A stretch of 64,000 nt of DNA from positions 410,626,001 to 410,690,000 of the forward strand of contig CM097883.1 of the NCBI GenBank assembly GCA_044892505.1, given 5' to 3'. The stretch comes from Schmidtea nova. Taxonomy: Eukaryota. The notes under the pieces were generated by a model that had not been told where the DNA came from, searched no databases, and saw only the letters and a list, made by a program, of their open reading frames with translations. Both the position numbers and the translations under genes were made by a program. Positions 12,032 through 25,482 of this stretch are shown piece by piece (position 1 is the first letter of the stretch; every line of letters starts with the position of its first letter).

Positions 12032-13426
12032 ACCTTTTGTTTAATTTTATATTTATTGTTTTAATTTTTATAAATTTGTGTTTAAACGAATCCAAGTCAT
12101 TATCTGGTCTATTTGAAGTTTTGCTTCGGTACCAATTTAAAATTTTAACTTTTATTTAATGATAAAAATCAATTTTACGGATTTATTTCAAGGAGACCCA
12201 TATCTTATTAAAATTTTCTCACTAAATTACAATATATAAAACCTAAAAACTTATTAATAATGAAAAGGGATGCCGCTTAGAGTTGGCAAATTAATTTTGA
12301 ATATTGGTAAATAGCAAGTGTTTTTCAATGGCAATAATTGAGTTGTGATAATATGATTATGTTTTTGTGAATAAAATGGATATATGGACGATATTTGTGT
12401 TGATATAATGCATCCCAATTGAATGGAATATTTAATTTTTAGATATTAAAAATCGGTTTATTCGATATCTAACTCTAATTTGAGACGAACAACACCGAAG
12501 ACAGGAAAGCCTAACTGGAACGTTTCAAAACCTTAACATTTCCCGAGAATGTTCGAATTTATTTTATTTTGCCTGTTGCTAGTATATGAATACTTAGACA
12601 TAATCCTGGAGTGATGTATCGAACTGCTTGCATTTTGTTTACGATGTTTGATTTGGATAAATTAATAAATACTTATTGATGTTATTTATTTTATTTTAAA
12701 TTGCCGACTAAAATGAGTATCCATAGATAAATCGTTGAATAAGGGACAAATGGACATTAAACCTTCTATCTGTAGCCCATGAACCTATTGTGATGTTCAG
12801 TCAATCATAGTTTCGATTTTTCGACGCTCAATGTTTGCGGACATCCACTTATTTGTTGCGTTGCCAAAGTTACTTTGTGATGGGCAGCAAGATGGTTAAA
12901 CTAATGTTTTCTGTGTTGAGTTGATAATGTGAGCCATAAAAACGTCAAGATCATATTGACGTTCAACAACCCACCACATGTATAATGTTATTGAGTGAAA
13001 TATTTAATTCAATTGCAAATATAGGTGCATAGATTTTTATTGGGTATGTTGAATATTGACATAGATTTTAAAAAGGGATCTTATCTGATGAAATTAATAT
13101 AGGAAATTTTTTTAAATTTAAATATTAAAATTAATATGAATTTTTATAAGTTAGAATCTGAATTGGAATCTGTTTGGTTTTCCATATCGAATTAGGTTTT
13201 ATGCTAGTAAATTTTCGCCAATTTTTCGCCTTTTTATTTTAAACTTAATTTCCATGAAATAGATCCATAAATATCGTCCATCATATAACAGAGTTCATTT
13301 AGATTTTGTGAGTAAAATTGAAAACTTTAATCGTTTTTTTTGAATTATACAATTAAATTCCATTAAATTTTTATAAAAAATAATTCTTGTCAAACTAAAT
13401 CACGCTTTCACGATATTTCGCTAGAG

Positions 13427-13748
13427 CAGCGTTTCCCAAAGTTTTTTCACCGCGGCACCCTTTTTGATTTCAAATTTTTGACGGAACCCTATTTACAAAA
13501 ATCAAATGCAGATGTTGCCAGATCTAGTTTTTATATAGTGAATGAAATGGAATTGGCACATATGAAATAGAATGGAAATGCATTATTGAAGGCAATATCA
13601 ATGGAATTGAAAAAGAATTTTTAATTGGATCGAATAAAATCGAGAATTATTTATTAATCTTTATTTATAAATCTTTATTATAAATTATTTATTTACAAAA
13701 AGTTCACGGAACCCCAGGGTTCCGCGGAACACACTTTGGGAAACGGTG
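13427..13748. mobile_element. hAT (Buster/Charlie-like) MITE, 322 bp
   Basis: TIRs cagcgtttcccaaag and ctttgggaaacggtg match at 14/15. The 8-bp TSD is cgctagag / cactagag with central TA. Confidence 0.85.
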
Positions 13749-13937
13749 CACTAGAGATTCTTACTCTATTGATTGTAAAATGGAATCGGTTCTATACTAC
13801 ATAGTCCATGCGATGTGATAAATTTGAATATCTATCAGAAATAAATTGGATTTGTTATTTTGGCTATTCATAAAGATAATGGAGTTAATGTTTATGTAAT
13901 AACGAATGAGCGCTTGGCGAGATCATGAAGATATATA

Positions 13938-16018
13938 GAGACAATTGAAAGTGAGGTAATTAGTAAAGGTTTAAGAAATTCTTATGTTCACTTAGAAGAT
14001 ATTAAATTAAATAATGTAAAAAAATCTATAATAGATAGTGAGAATGAGAAAATAACTGTTAGGAAAAAAACTAAAAATAAAACTATTTCGAACACAGAAC
14101 CAATCAACAAACAAGTCGAATCACCGAAGAAAGATGCGGAAATCATCGTAGAAAATCTATATGACACACTTAAACGTAAAGGTAGACACACTAAATTGAA
14201 TGATTCGAATGATTTTAAAGCCCCTGTTGTAGAAAACGCCATAGAAGTCGAAATTCCTAAAAAACGTGGTAGAAAAAAGAAAGAAGAAAAAAATAAAGAA
14301 AAACTCGAAGAGAAAGATGAAGAAAAAATTGAAAAAAGTCCAATTAAACAGTCGAAATTAGTGAGAAGAAACGCTTTGATGAAAACACAAGAAAGTAAAG
14401 TCGAAGAAAAAATTGAAATTGACACTAAAAAGGAAGAAAAATCTATCGATTTGGAGCAGAATGTCGATAATAACTATTCTCGCGCTCGCAGGAACAAAAT
14501 TGTCGAAGAAAAACGGGAAAATCTCGAAGATATTGAAATGGAAAAAGAACCGAAATCTACAAAAATAGAAAGAAATCGCAGTCGATTAACGAAAGGAAAG
14601 AAATGTTAGCAGATCTGAAGCGCCGTAAATCAGAATTGATTTGTTCAACAACCAATAAAAACGAGCATGAATTTATCAAGCCTATTTTGCCGAAAATCTC
14701 CGGAAAGAAACCCATTTCAACAATCGATAGCAGTTATTTATCCCCGATAGCGACCAATAAACCTGTAGCCAGCATCCACCCGGTCACCCCGATTCCCCCG
14801 CTCCTACCGCAACGCAAGAACGCGACCAGGAAGTCTAAAATCCCTCCATTGACATCCGATAAAGTTCCCGGACTTTCAATCCTCGAAGATATGAAAATGC
14901 GTAAATCAGAAGCATTACTAATGGATAAAACTGTGAAAAAACCCCGAGAAATCGCCCCAAAGTCCCCCGCGACCGCGACCGTTGCTGCTAAATGCAGTAC
15001 AAGCCCCTCAGATAAAATACCCGGGCTGCAAGACATGGAAATCATTAAAAAACGAAAACTTGAATCGGTTGTCTCCAAATTCGAGGCCAAATTAGCCCCG
15101 AAACCAATGGCAACAGCAATGGACATTGATTATTCCCCCATTACATCATCGTCACCAAAAACAATTACCAGCTTAGCACGAGGAACAATTCACGAATCTT
15201 TTCCGTTCCATTCGAATAAGTCAGCAACGTTGGATTCAAACTTCCGGTTCAATTCACCTAGTAAACCGGAACAAGCGGAACCACAAACAGAACATCGAGA
15301 ACCAGCAAGTATTAATAGCCGCTTTAATAGCATGAAATCACCAATGGGAATCCTGTCAAAGCCGTCCCCTTTCAAGCGGCCGATATCAGCAATGTTAGAC
15401 GAGGGGGGCGATGAGGAACAGGAAGCGGAACAAGGGGATCACAACTGCAGCAAAATGGCAAGAGTCCAATGGCCAGAAACGCGCAGACAAAGCGTCACTT
15501 TCAATCGGGAAGTCAGCGTGAAAGAAATCCATGGCAACTCATTCGACAGTGCAAATAACAATAGTAGTGATAACGTTAGCAACGGTTGCGGTGGTGGTGA
15601 TTATAATGTCGACAAGAGCGATTTCGAGCATCGATTGAATGCGGAATTGGAGCGAGTGAAGAATCAGGTGAATGAGAAGCACAATGCCAGCATGACAATC
15701 GCGTCATCTCACTCGAATGAGAACGCGTTCATAAAGGAACGCCAGCGCAACATCGGTCCGTCCGCATTCAACCGGATCGATGCTAAGAAATCATCCGATC
15801 TGTCGGGAATGATTTCCAATCGCATCAAAACGCAAAGCAATTCCCCGCCGAGGAATGCGCAAGCAGCGGCGGGAGGAGCACTGAGGAAGCTCAATCAGCC
15901 AATAGCAGGCAACCAATCAAAAGATTTCATTGGCAATTGGAAGAGCTTCAGTTCAAATCCAGCCGTAACCCAGCAACAGCAGCAATCCAGATATGCAAAT
16001 GATGACGACGACAACTAA
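13938..16018 (+). pseudogene. 5'-truncated, internally deleted and frameshifted duplicate of the 25483..28105 gene; retains a 471-aa ORF (14603..16018)
   Basis: It matches 25757..28046 minus a 193-bp deletion (parent 26423..26615, frameshift) and an 18-bp deletion (TTTVTA). Exon 1 and the splice acceptor are absent, and the stop TAA is created by the junction. Confidence 0.85.
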
Positions 16019-16062
16019 AATTGTTTAAATATTATTGAATAAGCATATAATTTATTAATATC

Positions 16063-16992
16063 ATGAGTGAAAGAAAAGTTCTAAATAAGTATCATCCCCC
16101 AGACTTCGATCCGGGTAAAATACCCCGCTTGAAAGGAATGAAAAAAGAAAAAGTATTTTGCATTCGAACTATGTCTCCTTTTAATATGATGTGTTTGACA
16201 TGTAGGAATTACATATTTAAAGCAAAGAAATTCAATTCCCGTATGGAAGAATGTGAATACACCTTCTTAAACTTGAAAGAATTTAGATTTTTCATAAAGT
16301 GCCCCACTTGCTGTTCAGAAATCGTATACAGAACTGATAGGGGAAAAAATGACTATGTGGTGGAATCTGGCGCGAAGCGGAGCTTTGAAGCTCACACAAC
16401 AGCTATTAGGCTAGCAATTAAAGAAGCTGCTAAAGAAAAAGATGAGTTAGAGAAGAATCCAATCAAAGCTCTCGAAAAGCGAACAGAAGAGTCTAAGAAA
16501 GAATTTCAAATGAGTAATAAAATTGAAGATTTAATGGAACAAAGTAAAAATGATCCATCTAGAGAAGAGATGATAGAAGATGCTATAGCGTTGTTAAGGA
16601 GAAGAAATGAAGTAAAGAAAATAAATCAAGATCAAGAACTGAAAGAGTTGGTTGAGAAACAAATAAATGATTTTCAACTGCAAAAAGAAAATCAACGAAA
16701 AGAAAACGCGAAATTACAAGTAAACGGATTTCTGTCGAAATTTCCAACAAATAGTGCAGCCGAAACCGGAAAATTGAAGCTTATCAAGGAGATGGTAGAA
16801 AGAAAAAGAAAACTAGAATTAACAGATAAAAGAGAAGAGGTTATAAATGAACATAAAATATTGAAACAGGAAGACCCAAAAGCAATACCAAATGAATGCG
16901 ACTCAGAAACGACGGAAAACCATTCCAACGGGAGTCTTTCGGTGGGGAATATTCTTGGATTAAACTATTCCTCGGATAGTGAGGATGAATAA
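16063..16992 (+). CDS. YJU2: YJU2/CWC16 copy 2
   Basis: Intact 309-aa ORF with 5 amino-acid differences from copy 1. Only ~46 nt of native upstream sequence is retained (16016-16062). Confidence 0.88.
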   Translation: MSERKVLNKYHPPDFDPGKIPRLKGMKKEKVFCIRTMSPFNMMCLTCRNYIFKAKKFNSRMEECEYTFLNLKEFRFFIKCPTCCSEIVYRTDRGKNDYVVESGAKRSFEAHTTAIRLAIKEAAKEKDELEKNPIKALEKRTEESKKEFQMSNKIEDLMEQSKNDPSREEMIEDAIALLRRRNEVKKINQDQELKELVEKQINDFQLQKENQRKENAKLQVNGFLSKFPTNSAAETGKLKLIKEMVERKRKLELTDKREEVINEHKILKQEDPKAIPNECDSETTENHSNGSLSVGNILGLNYSSDSEDE

Positions 16993-18396
16993 ATCTTTTG
17001 TTTAATTTTATATTTATTGTTTTAATTTTTATAAATTTGTGTTTAAACGAATCCAAGTCATTATCTGGTCTATTTGAAGTTTTGCTTCGGTACCAATTTA
17101 AAATTTTAACTTTTATTTAATGATAAAAATCAATATTACGGATTTATTTCAAGGAGACCCATATCTTATTAAAATTTTCTCACTAAATTACAATATATAA
17201 AACCTAAAAACTTATTAATAATGAAAAGGGATGCCGCTTAGAGTTGGCAAATTAATTTTGAATATTGGTAAATAGCAAGTGTTTTTCAATGGCAATAATT
17301 GAGTTGTGATAATATGATTATGTTTTTGTGAATAAAATGGATATATGGACGATATTTGCGTATTTGTGTTGATATAATGCATCCCAATTGAATGGAATAT
17401 TTAATTTTTAGATATTAAAAATCGGTTTATTCGATATCTAACTCTAATTTGAGACGAACAATACCGAAGACAGGAAAGCCTAACTGGAACGTTTCAAAAC
17501 CTTAACATTTCCCGAGAATGTTCGAATTTATTTTATTTTGCCTGTTGCTAGTATATGAATACTTAGACATAATCCTGGAGTGATGTATCGAACTGCTTGC
17601 ATTTTGTTTACGATGTTTGATTTGGATAAATTAATAAATACTTATTGATGTTATTTATTTTATTTTAAATTGCCGACTAAAATGAGTATCCATAGATAAA
17701 TCGTTGAATAAGGGACAAATGGACATTAAACTTTCTATCTGTAGCCCATGAACCTATTGTGATGTTCAGTCAATCATAGTTTCGATTTTTCGACGCTCAA
17801 TGTTTGCGGACATCCACTTATTTGTTGCGTTGCCAAAGTTACTTTGTGATGGGCAGCAAGATGGTTAAACTAATGTTTTCTGTGTTGAGTTGATAATGTG
17901 AGCCATAAAAACGTCAAGATCATATTGACGTTCAACAACCCACCACATGTATAATGTTATTGAGTGAAATATTTAATTCAATTGCAAATATAGGTGCATA
18001 GATTTTTATTGGGTATGTTGAATATTGACATAGATTTTAAAAAGGGATCTTATCTGATGAAATTAATATAGGAAATTTTTTTAAATTTAAATATTAAAAT
18101 TAATATGAATTTTTATAAGTTAGAATCTGAATTGGAATCTGTTTGGTTTTCCATATCGAATTAGGTTTTATGCTAGTAAATTTTCGCCAATTTTTCGCCT
18201 TTTTATTTTAAACTTAATTTCCATGAAATAGATCCATAAATATCGTCCATCATATAACAGAGTTCATTTAGATTTTGTGAGTAAAATTGAAAACTTTAAT
18301 CGTTTTTTTTTGAATTATACAATTAAATTCCATTAAATTTTTATAAAAAATAATTCTTGTCAAACTAAATCACGCTTTCACGATATTTCGCTAGAG

Positions 18397-18718
18397 CAGC
18401 GTTTCCCAAAGTTTTTTCACCGCGGCACCCTTTTTGATTTCAAATTTTTGATGGAACCCTATTTACAAAAATCAAATGCAAATGTTGCCAGATCTAGTTT
18501 TTATATAGTGAATGAAATGGAATTGGCACATATGAAATAGAATGGAAATGCATTATTGAAGGCAATATCAATGGAATTGAAAAAGAATTTTAAATTGGAT
18601 CGAATAAAATCGAGAATTATTTATTAATCTTTATTTATAAATCTTTATTATAAATTATTTATTTACAAAAAGTTCACGGAACCCCAGGGTTCCGCGGAAC
18701 ACACTTTGGGAAACGGTG
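18397..18718. mobile_element. Same hAT MITE, carried in tandem unit
   Basis: Same TIRs and TSD as 13427..13748. Confidence 0.85.
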
Positions 18719-18907
18719 CACTAGAGATTCTTACTCTATTGATTGTAAAATGGAATCGGTTCTATACTACATAGTCCATGCGATGTGATAAATTTGAATA
18801 TCTATCAGAAATAAATTGGATTTGTTATTTTGGCTATTCATAAAGATAATGGAGTTAATGTTTATGTAATAACGAATGAGCGCTTGGCGAGATCATGAAG
18901 ATATATA

Positions 18908-20988
18908 GAGACAATTGAAAGTGAGGTAATTAGTAAAGGTTTAAGAAATTCTTATGTTCACTTAGAAGATATTAAATTAAATAATGTAAAAAAATCTATA
19001 ATAGATAGTGAGAATGAGAAAATAACTGTTAGGAAAAAAACTAAAAATAAAACTATTTCGAACACAGAACCAATCAACAAACAAGTCGAATCACCGAAGA
19101 AAGATGCGGAAATCATCGTAGAAAATCTATATGACACACTTAAACGTAAAGGTAGACACACTAAATTGAATGATTCGAATGATTTTAAAGCCCCTGTTGT
19201 AGAAAACGCCATAGAAGTCGAAATTCCTAAAAAACGTGGTAGAAAAAAGAAAGAAGAAAAAAATAAAGAAAAACTCGAAGAGAAAGATGAAGAAAAAATT
19301 GAAAAAAGTCCAATTAAACAGTCGAAATTAGTGAGAAGAAACGCTTTGATGAAAACACAAGAAAGTAAAGTCGAAGAAAAAATTGAAATTGACACTAAAA
19401 AGGAAGAAAAATCTATCGATTTGGAGCAGAATGTCGATAATAACTATTCTCGCGCTCGCAGGAACAAAATTGTCGAAGAAAAACGGGAAAATCTCGAAGA
19501 TATTGAAATGGAAAAAGAACCGAAATCTACAAAAATAGAAAGAAATCGCAGTCGATTAACGAAAGGAAAGAAATGTTAGCAGATCTGAAGCGCCGTAAAT
19601 CAGAATTGATTTGTTCAACAACCAATAAAAACGAGCATGAATTTATCAAGCCTATTTTGCCGAAAATCTCCGGAAAGAAACCCATTTCAACAATCGATAG
19701 CAGTTATTTATCCCCGATAGCGACCAATAAACCTGTAGCCAGCATCCACCCGGTCACCCCGATTCCCCCGCTCCTACCGCAACGCAAGAACGCGACCAGG
19801 AAGTCTAAAATCCCTCCATTGACATCCGATAAAGTTCCCGGACTTTCAATCCTCGAAGATATGAAAATGCGTAAATCAGAAGCATTACTAATGGATAAAA
19901 CTGTGAAAAAACCCCGAGAAATCGCCCCAAAGTCCCCCGCGACCGCGACCGTTGCTGCTAAATGCAGTACAAGCCCCTCAGATAAAATACCCGGGCTGCA
20001 AGACATGGAAATCATTAAAAAACGAAAACTTGAATCGGTTGTCTCCAAATTCGAGGCCAAATTAGCCCCGAAACCAATGGCAACAGCAATGGACATTGAT
20101 TATTCCCCCATTACATCATCGTCACCAAAAACAATTACCAGCTTAGCACGAGGAACAATTCACGAATCTTTTCCGTTCCATTCGAATAAGTCAGCAACGT
20201 TGGATTCAAACTTCCGGTTCAATTCACCTAGTAAACCGGAACAAGCGGAACCACAAACAGAACATCGAGAACCAGCAAGTATTAATAGCCGCTTTAATAG
20301 CATGAAATCACCAATGGGAATCCTGTCAAAGCCGTCCCCTTTCAAGCGGCCGATATCAGCAATGTTAGACGAGGGGGGCGATGAGGAACAGGAAGCGGAA
20401 CAAGGGGATCACAACTGCAGCAAAATGGCAAGAGTCCAATGGCCAGAAACGCGCAGACAAAGCGTCACTTTCAATCGGGAAGTCAGCGTGAAAGAAATCC
20501 ATGGCAACTCATTCGACAGTGCAAATAACAATAGTAGTGATAACGTTAGCAACGGTTGCGGTGGTGGTGATTATAATGTCGACAAGAGCGATTTCGAGCA
20601 TCGATTGAATGCGGAATTGGAGCGAGTGAAGAATCAGGTGAATGAGAAGCACAATGCCAGCATGACAATCGCGTCATCTCACTCGAATGAGAACGCGTTC
20701 ATAAAGGAACGCCAGCGCAACATCGGTCCGTCCGCATTCAACCGGATCGATGCTAAGAAATCATCCGATCTGTCGGGAATGATTTCCAATCGCATCAAAA
20801 CGCAAAGCAATTCCCCGCCGAGGAATGCGCAAGCAGCGGCGGGAGGAGCACTGAGGAAGCTCAATCAGCCAATAGCAGGCAACCAATCAAAAGATTTCAT
20901 TGGCAATTGGAAGAGCTTCAGTTCAAATCCAGCCGTAACCCAGCAACAGCAGCAATCCAGATATGCAAATGATGACGACGACAACTAA
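18908..20988 (+). pseudogene. Second copy of the truncated duplicate; 471-aa ORF at 19573..20988
   Basis: The ORF translations are identical to those of 13938..16018. Confidence 0.85.
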
Positions 20989-21032
20989 AATTGTTTAAAT
21001 ATTATTGAATAAGCATATAATTTATTAATATC

Positions 21033-21962
21033 ATGAGTGAAAGAAAAGTTCTAAATAAGTATCATCCCCCAGACTTCGATCCGGGTAAAATACCCCGCTT
21101 GAAAGGAATGAAAAAAGAAAAAGTATTTTGCATTCGAACTATGTCTCCTTTTAATATGATGTGTTTGACATGTAGGAATTACATATTTAAAGCAAAGAAA
21201 TTCAATTCCCGTATGGAAGAATGTGAATACACCTTCTTAAACTTGAAAGAATTTAGATTTTTCATAAAGTGCCCCACTTGCTGTTCAGAAATCGTATACA
21301 GAACTGATAGGGGAAAAAATGACTATGTGGTGGAATCTGGCGCGAAGCGGAGCTTTGAAGCTCACACAACAGCTATTAGGCTAGCAATTAAAGAAGCTGC
21401 TAAAGAAAAAGATGAGTTAGAGAAGAATCCAATCAAAGCTCTCGAAAAGCGAACAGAAGAGTCTAAGAAAGAATTTCAAATGAGTAATAAAATTGAAGAT
21501 TTAATGGAACAAAGTAAAAATGATCCATCTAGAGAAGAGATGATAGAAGATGCTATAGCGTTGTTAAGGAGAAGAAATGAAGTAAAGAAAATAAATCAAG
21601 ATCAAGAACTGAAAGAGTTGGTTGAGAAACAAATAAATGATTTTCAACTGCAAAAAGAAAATCAACGAAAAGAAAACGCGAAATTACAAGTAAACGGATT
21701 TCTGTCGAAATTTCCAACAAATAGTGCAGCCGAAACCGGAAAATTGAAGCTTATCAAGGAGATGGTAGAAAGAAAAAGAAAACTAGAATTAACAGATAAA
21801 AGAGAAGAGGTTATAAATGAACATAAAATATTGAAACAGGAAGACCCAAAAGCAATACCAAATGAATGCGACTCAGAAACGACGGAAAACCATTCCAACG
21901 GGAGTCTTTCGGTGGGGAATATTCTTGGATTAAACTATTCCTCGGATAGTGAGGATGAATAA
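21033..21962 (+). CDS. YJU2: YJU2/CWC16 copy 3
   Basis: The protein is identical to copy 2, and the same truncated upstream junction is present. Confidence 0.88.
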   Translation: MSERKVLNKYHPPDFDPGKIPRLKGMKKEKVFCIRTMSPFNMMCLTCRNYIFKAKKFNSRMEECEYTFLNLKEFRFFIKCPTCCSEIVYRTDRGKNDYVVESGAKRSFEAHTTAIRLAIKEAAKEKDELEKNPIKALEKRTEESKKEFQMSNKIEDLMEQSKNDPSREEMIEDAIALLRRRNEVKKINQDQELKELVEKQINDFQLQKENQRKENAKLQVNGFLSKFPTNSAAETGKLKLIKEMVERKRKLELTDKREEVINEHKILKQEDPKAIPNECDSETTENHSNGSLSVGNILGLNYSSDSEDE

Positions 21963-23366
21963 ATCTTTTGTTTAATTTTATATTTATTGTTTTAATTTTT
22001 ATAAATTTGTGTTTAAACGAATCCAAGTCATTATCTGGTCTATTTGAAGTTTTGCTTCGGTACCAATTTAAAATTTTAACTTTTATTTAATGATAAAAAT
22101 CAATATTACGGATTTATTTCAAGGAGACCCATATCTTATTAAAATTTTCTCACTAAATTACAATATATAAAACCTAAAAACTTATTAATAATGAAAAGGG
22201 ATGCCGCTTAGAGTTGGCAAATTAATTTTGAATATTGGTAAATAGCAAGTGTTTTTCAATGGCAATAATTGAGTTGTGATAATATGATTATGTTTTTGTG
22301 AATAAAATGGATATATGGACGATATTTGCGTATTTGTGTTGATATAATGCATCCCAATTGAATGGAATATTTAATTTTTAGATATTAAAAATCGGTTTAT
22401 TCGATATCTAACTCTAATTTGAGACGAACAATACCGAAGACAGGAAAGCCTAACTGGAACGTTTCAAAACCTTAACATTTCCCGAGAATGTTCGAATTTA
22501 TTTTATTTTGCCTGTTGCTAGTATATGAATACTTAGACATAATCCTGGAGTGATGTATCGAACTGCTTGCATTTTGTTTACGATGTTTGATTTGGATAAA
22601 TTAATAAATACTTATTGATGTTATTTATTTTATTTTAAATTGCCGACTAAAATGAGTATCCATAGATAAATCGTTGAATAAGGGACAAATGGACATTAAA
22701 CTTTCTATCTGTAGCCCATGAACCTATTGTGATGTTCAGTCAATCATAGTTTCGATTTTTCGACGCTCAATGTTTGCGGACATCCACTTATTTGTTGCGT
22801 TGCCAAAGTTACTTTGTGATGGGCAGCAAGATGGTTAAACTAATGTTTTCTGTGTTGAGTTGATAATGTGAGCCATAAAAACGTCAAGATCATATTGACG
22901 TTCAACAACCCACCACATGTATAATGTTATTGAGTGAAATATTTAATTCAATTGCAAATATAGGTGCATAGATTTTTATTGGGTATGTTGAATATTGACA
23001 TAGATTTTAAAAAGGGATCTTATCTGATGAAATTAATATAGGAAATTTTTTTAAATTTAAATATTAAAATTAATATGAATTTTTATAAGTTAGAATCTGA
23101 ATTGGAATCTGTTTGGTTTTCCATATCGAATTAGGTTTTATGCTAGTAAATTTTCGCCAATTTTTCGCCTTTTTATTTTAAACTTAATTTCCATGAAATA
23201 GATCCATAAATATCGTCCATCATATAACAGAGTTCATTTAGATTTTGTGAGTAAAATTGAAAACTTTAATCGTTTTTTTTTGAATTATACAATTAAATTC
23301 CATTAAATTTTTATAAAAAATAATTCTTGTCAAACTAAATCACGCTTTCACGATATTTCGCTAGAG

Positions 23367-23688
23367 CAGCGTTTCCCAAAGTTTTTTCACCGCGGCACCC
23401 TTTTTGATTTCAAATTTTTGATGGAACCCTATTTACAAAAATCAAATGCAAATGTTGCCAGATCTAGTTTTTATATAGTGAATGAAATGGAATTGGCACA
23501 TATGAAATAGAATGGAAATGCATTATTGAAGGCAATATCAATGGAATTGAAAAAGAATTTTAAATTGGATCGAATAAAATCGAGAATTATTTATTAATCT
23601 TTATTTATAAATCTTTATTATAAATTATTTATTTACAAAAAGTTCACGGAACCCCAGGGTTCCGCGGAACACACTTTGGGAAACGGTG
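23367..23688. mobile_element. Same hAT MITE, carried in tandem unit
   Basis: Same TIRs and TSD as 13427..13748. Confidence 0.85.
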
Positions 23689-23870
23689 CACTAGAGATTC
23701 TTACTCTATTGATTGTAAAATGGAATCGGTTCTATACTACATAGTCCATGCGATGTGATAAATTTGAATATCTATCAGAAATAAATTGGATTTGTTATTT
23801 TGGCTATTCATAAAGATAATGGAGTTAATGTTTATGTAATAACGAATGAGCGCTTGGCGAGATCATGAAG

Positions 23871-23902
<32 letters not shown>

Positions 23903-25482
23903 TTCGTTGATGCATTTAAACAATTGTTGTAGAAGAAATTTTTTCTAGATAAATTTTTTCAAAAATTAAATTTATCGACTTTAAGAAAATTTAGATTATC
24001 ACATTTGTATAAAATTTTTATTAAAATTTTTAAAAATTTTATTTTAATTCGAAATTTTATTTTTAATTAAGTATTTCACTTCTTCATTTAAATTTATTAG
24101 ATATTTATTAAAATCAATTTTCTCTGATATGTTATAAACTTTTGGTATGAAAATCGAAATATTCTTTCTAAAATTATATAAATTTTGCCTTATTTGTAAT
24201 TTTATTTTGTAATTGAAGTTTTTATGTTGTATGTGTTTTTACGTGTATATTTGATGCGTTTTTGTTCATTTTAATTTTTAAACGATTTATATTAATTTTT
24301 TTGTCGTTACTTTGTGTTTCTCATGATAGAATCTAAGTTTACTTCTTAGTTTACTTCTCTACATGATGTGTTACCGCTTAATTTAAACAAATTTCAGTTT
24401 TTGACCAACATATTTATATTAAATTTGCTAAAATAATTTGCGTGTTCATTGTGACGTCGTATTATATGCTACTGCCCGTTTATTGATTTGTTTTAAAACA
24501 ATAAAATTTGATTTAATTATCTTTTTATTCCTATCTCTTTGATTTTACAAATATTGTATTGAGTATTTTTCCCTATAATTTTAAAAATAAATTATTCTCT
24601 TTTAATTTGATACTAATTTTATCTTTGATTTTGCGTTTTCGTATTTAATATACTAGCGTTTTCGTATTTAATATACTGGCGATGATCTTTCTCATTCAAA
24701 TAGTATGCAGTCTTTCTTATTTAAATTCGACCTGCAATCAAATTGTGTGCTCTCTTTTGAGATGCTTCTTTTCTATCGTTTTATTCCTACCTCAACAGTC
24801 TTATGAGATGCAGTTCGTATATTTCATGTTATAACCGTGTTCTACCATGTATGGTCAATATTTTTGCAATAAAATCAATATTTGTGGGAAATTGGTATGG
24901 CGGGCATTATCGTTTCATTAGAAAAAGAAATTAAAACATCAGATTTTGCCCAAAAATTTCTTGATTCGTCTTTTATTTTAATTTTTATTACTTTTGTCTA
25001 CTTGGTTTTTACTCGGTTATTTAAATACCATTTTTGCGCGGCTTTGACATTCTGTATGTCCACTCATTTCAAAAACAGATAGGTAAGGTTTAGTTTCATT
25101 ATTTTAAAATTTATTGCTAAAGCGATTAGTGCTTGCATTAAAAATGTAAATGTAAGTCGCATCATAATAATCTTAATCTACCAAAATAAATTTACGTCAA
25201 ATTTATTAAAACTTTTAAGTAATTTCGAATATTGTTTTTTTTAAAAATTTGGTGTAAACTCAGCAATTCGTTAATTTATTTATTATTGTTAGTATTTTTT
25301 GAAATTTTAACTTTCAAAATTTAACTCTAAAATTATTGAAAAAAAACAACAAACTATTTAAAATTAAAGTTTTAAAGTTTATAAATTAAATTTATATAAT
25401 AATAAAATAAATTAATATTGTTTAAAAAATGCATATTTTGTTTTATTAAACGTTCACAAGAAAAATACACCAATATATTTAA

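Larger units (their letters stand above)
11047..23877 (+). repeat. Tandem amplification: partial unit 11047..13937, then two apparently identical 4970-bp units (13938..18907, 18908..23877)
   Basis: ORF starts are offset by exactly 4970 (14196/19166, 14603/19573, 16063/21033). Each unit consists of a deleted fragment of 25757..28046, then YJU2, then ~1.9 kb of YJU2 3' flank. Confidence 0.95.
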
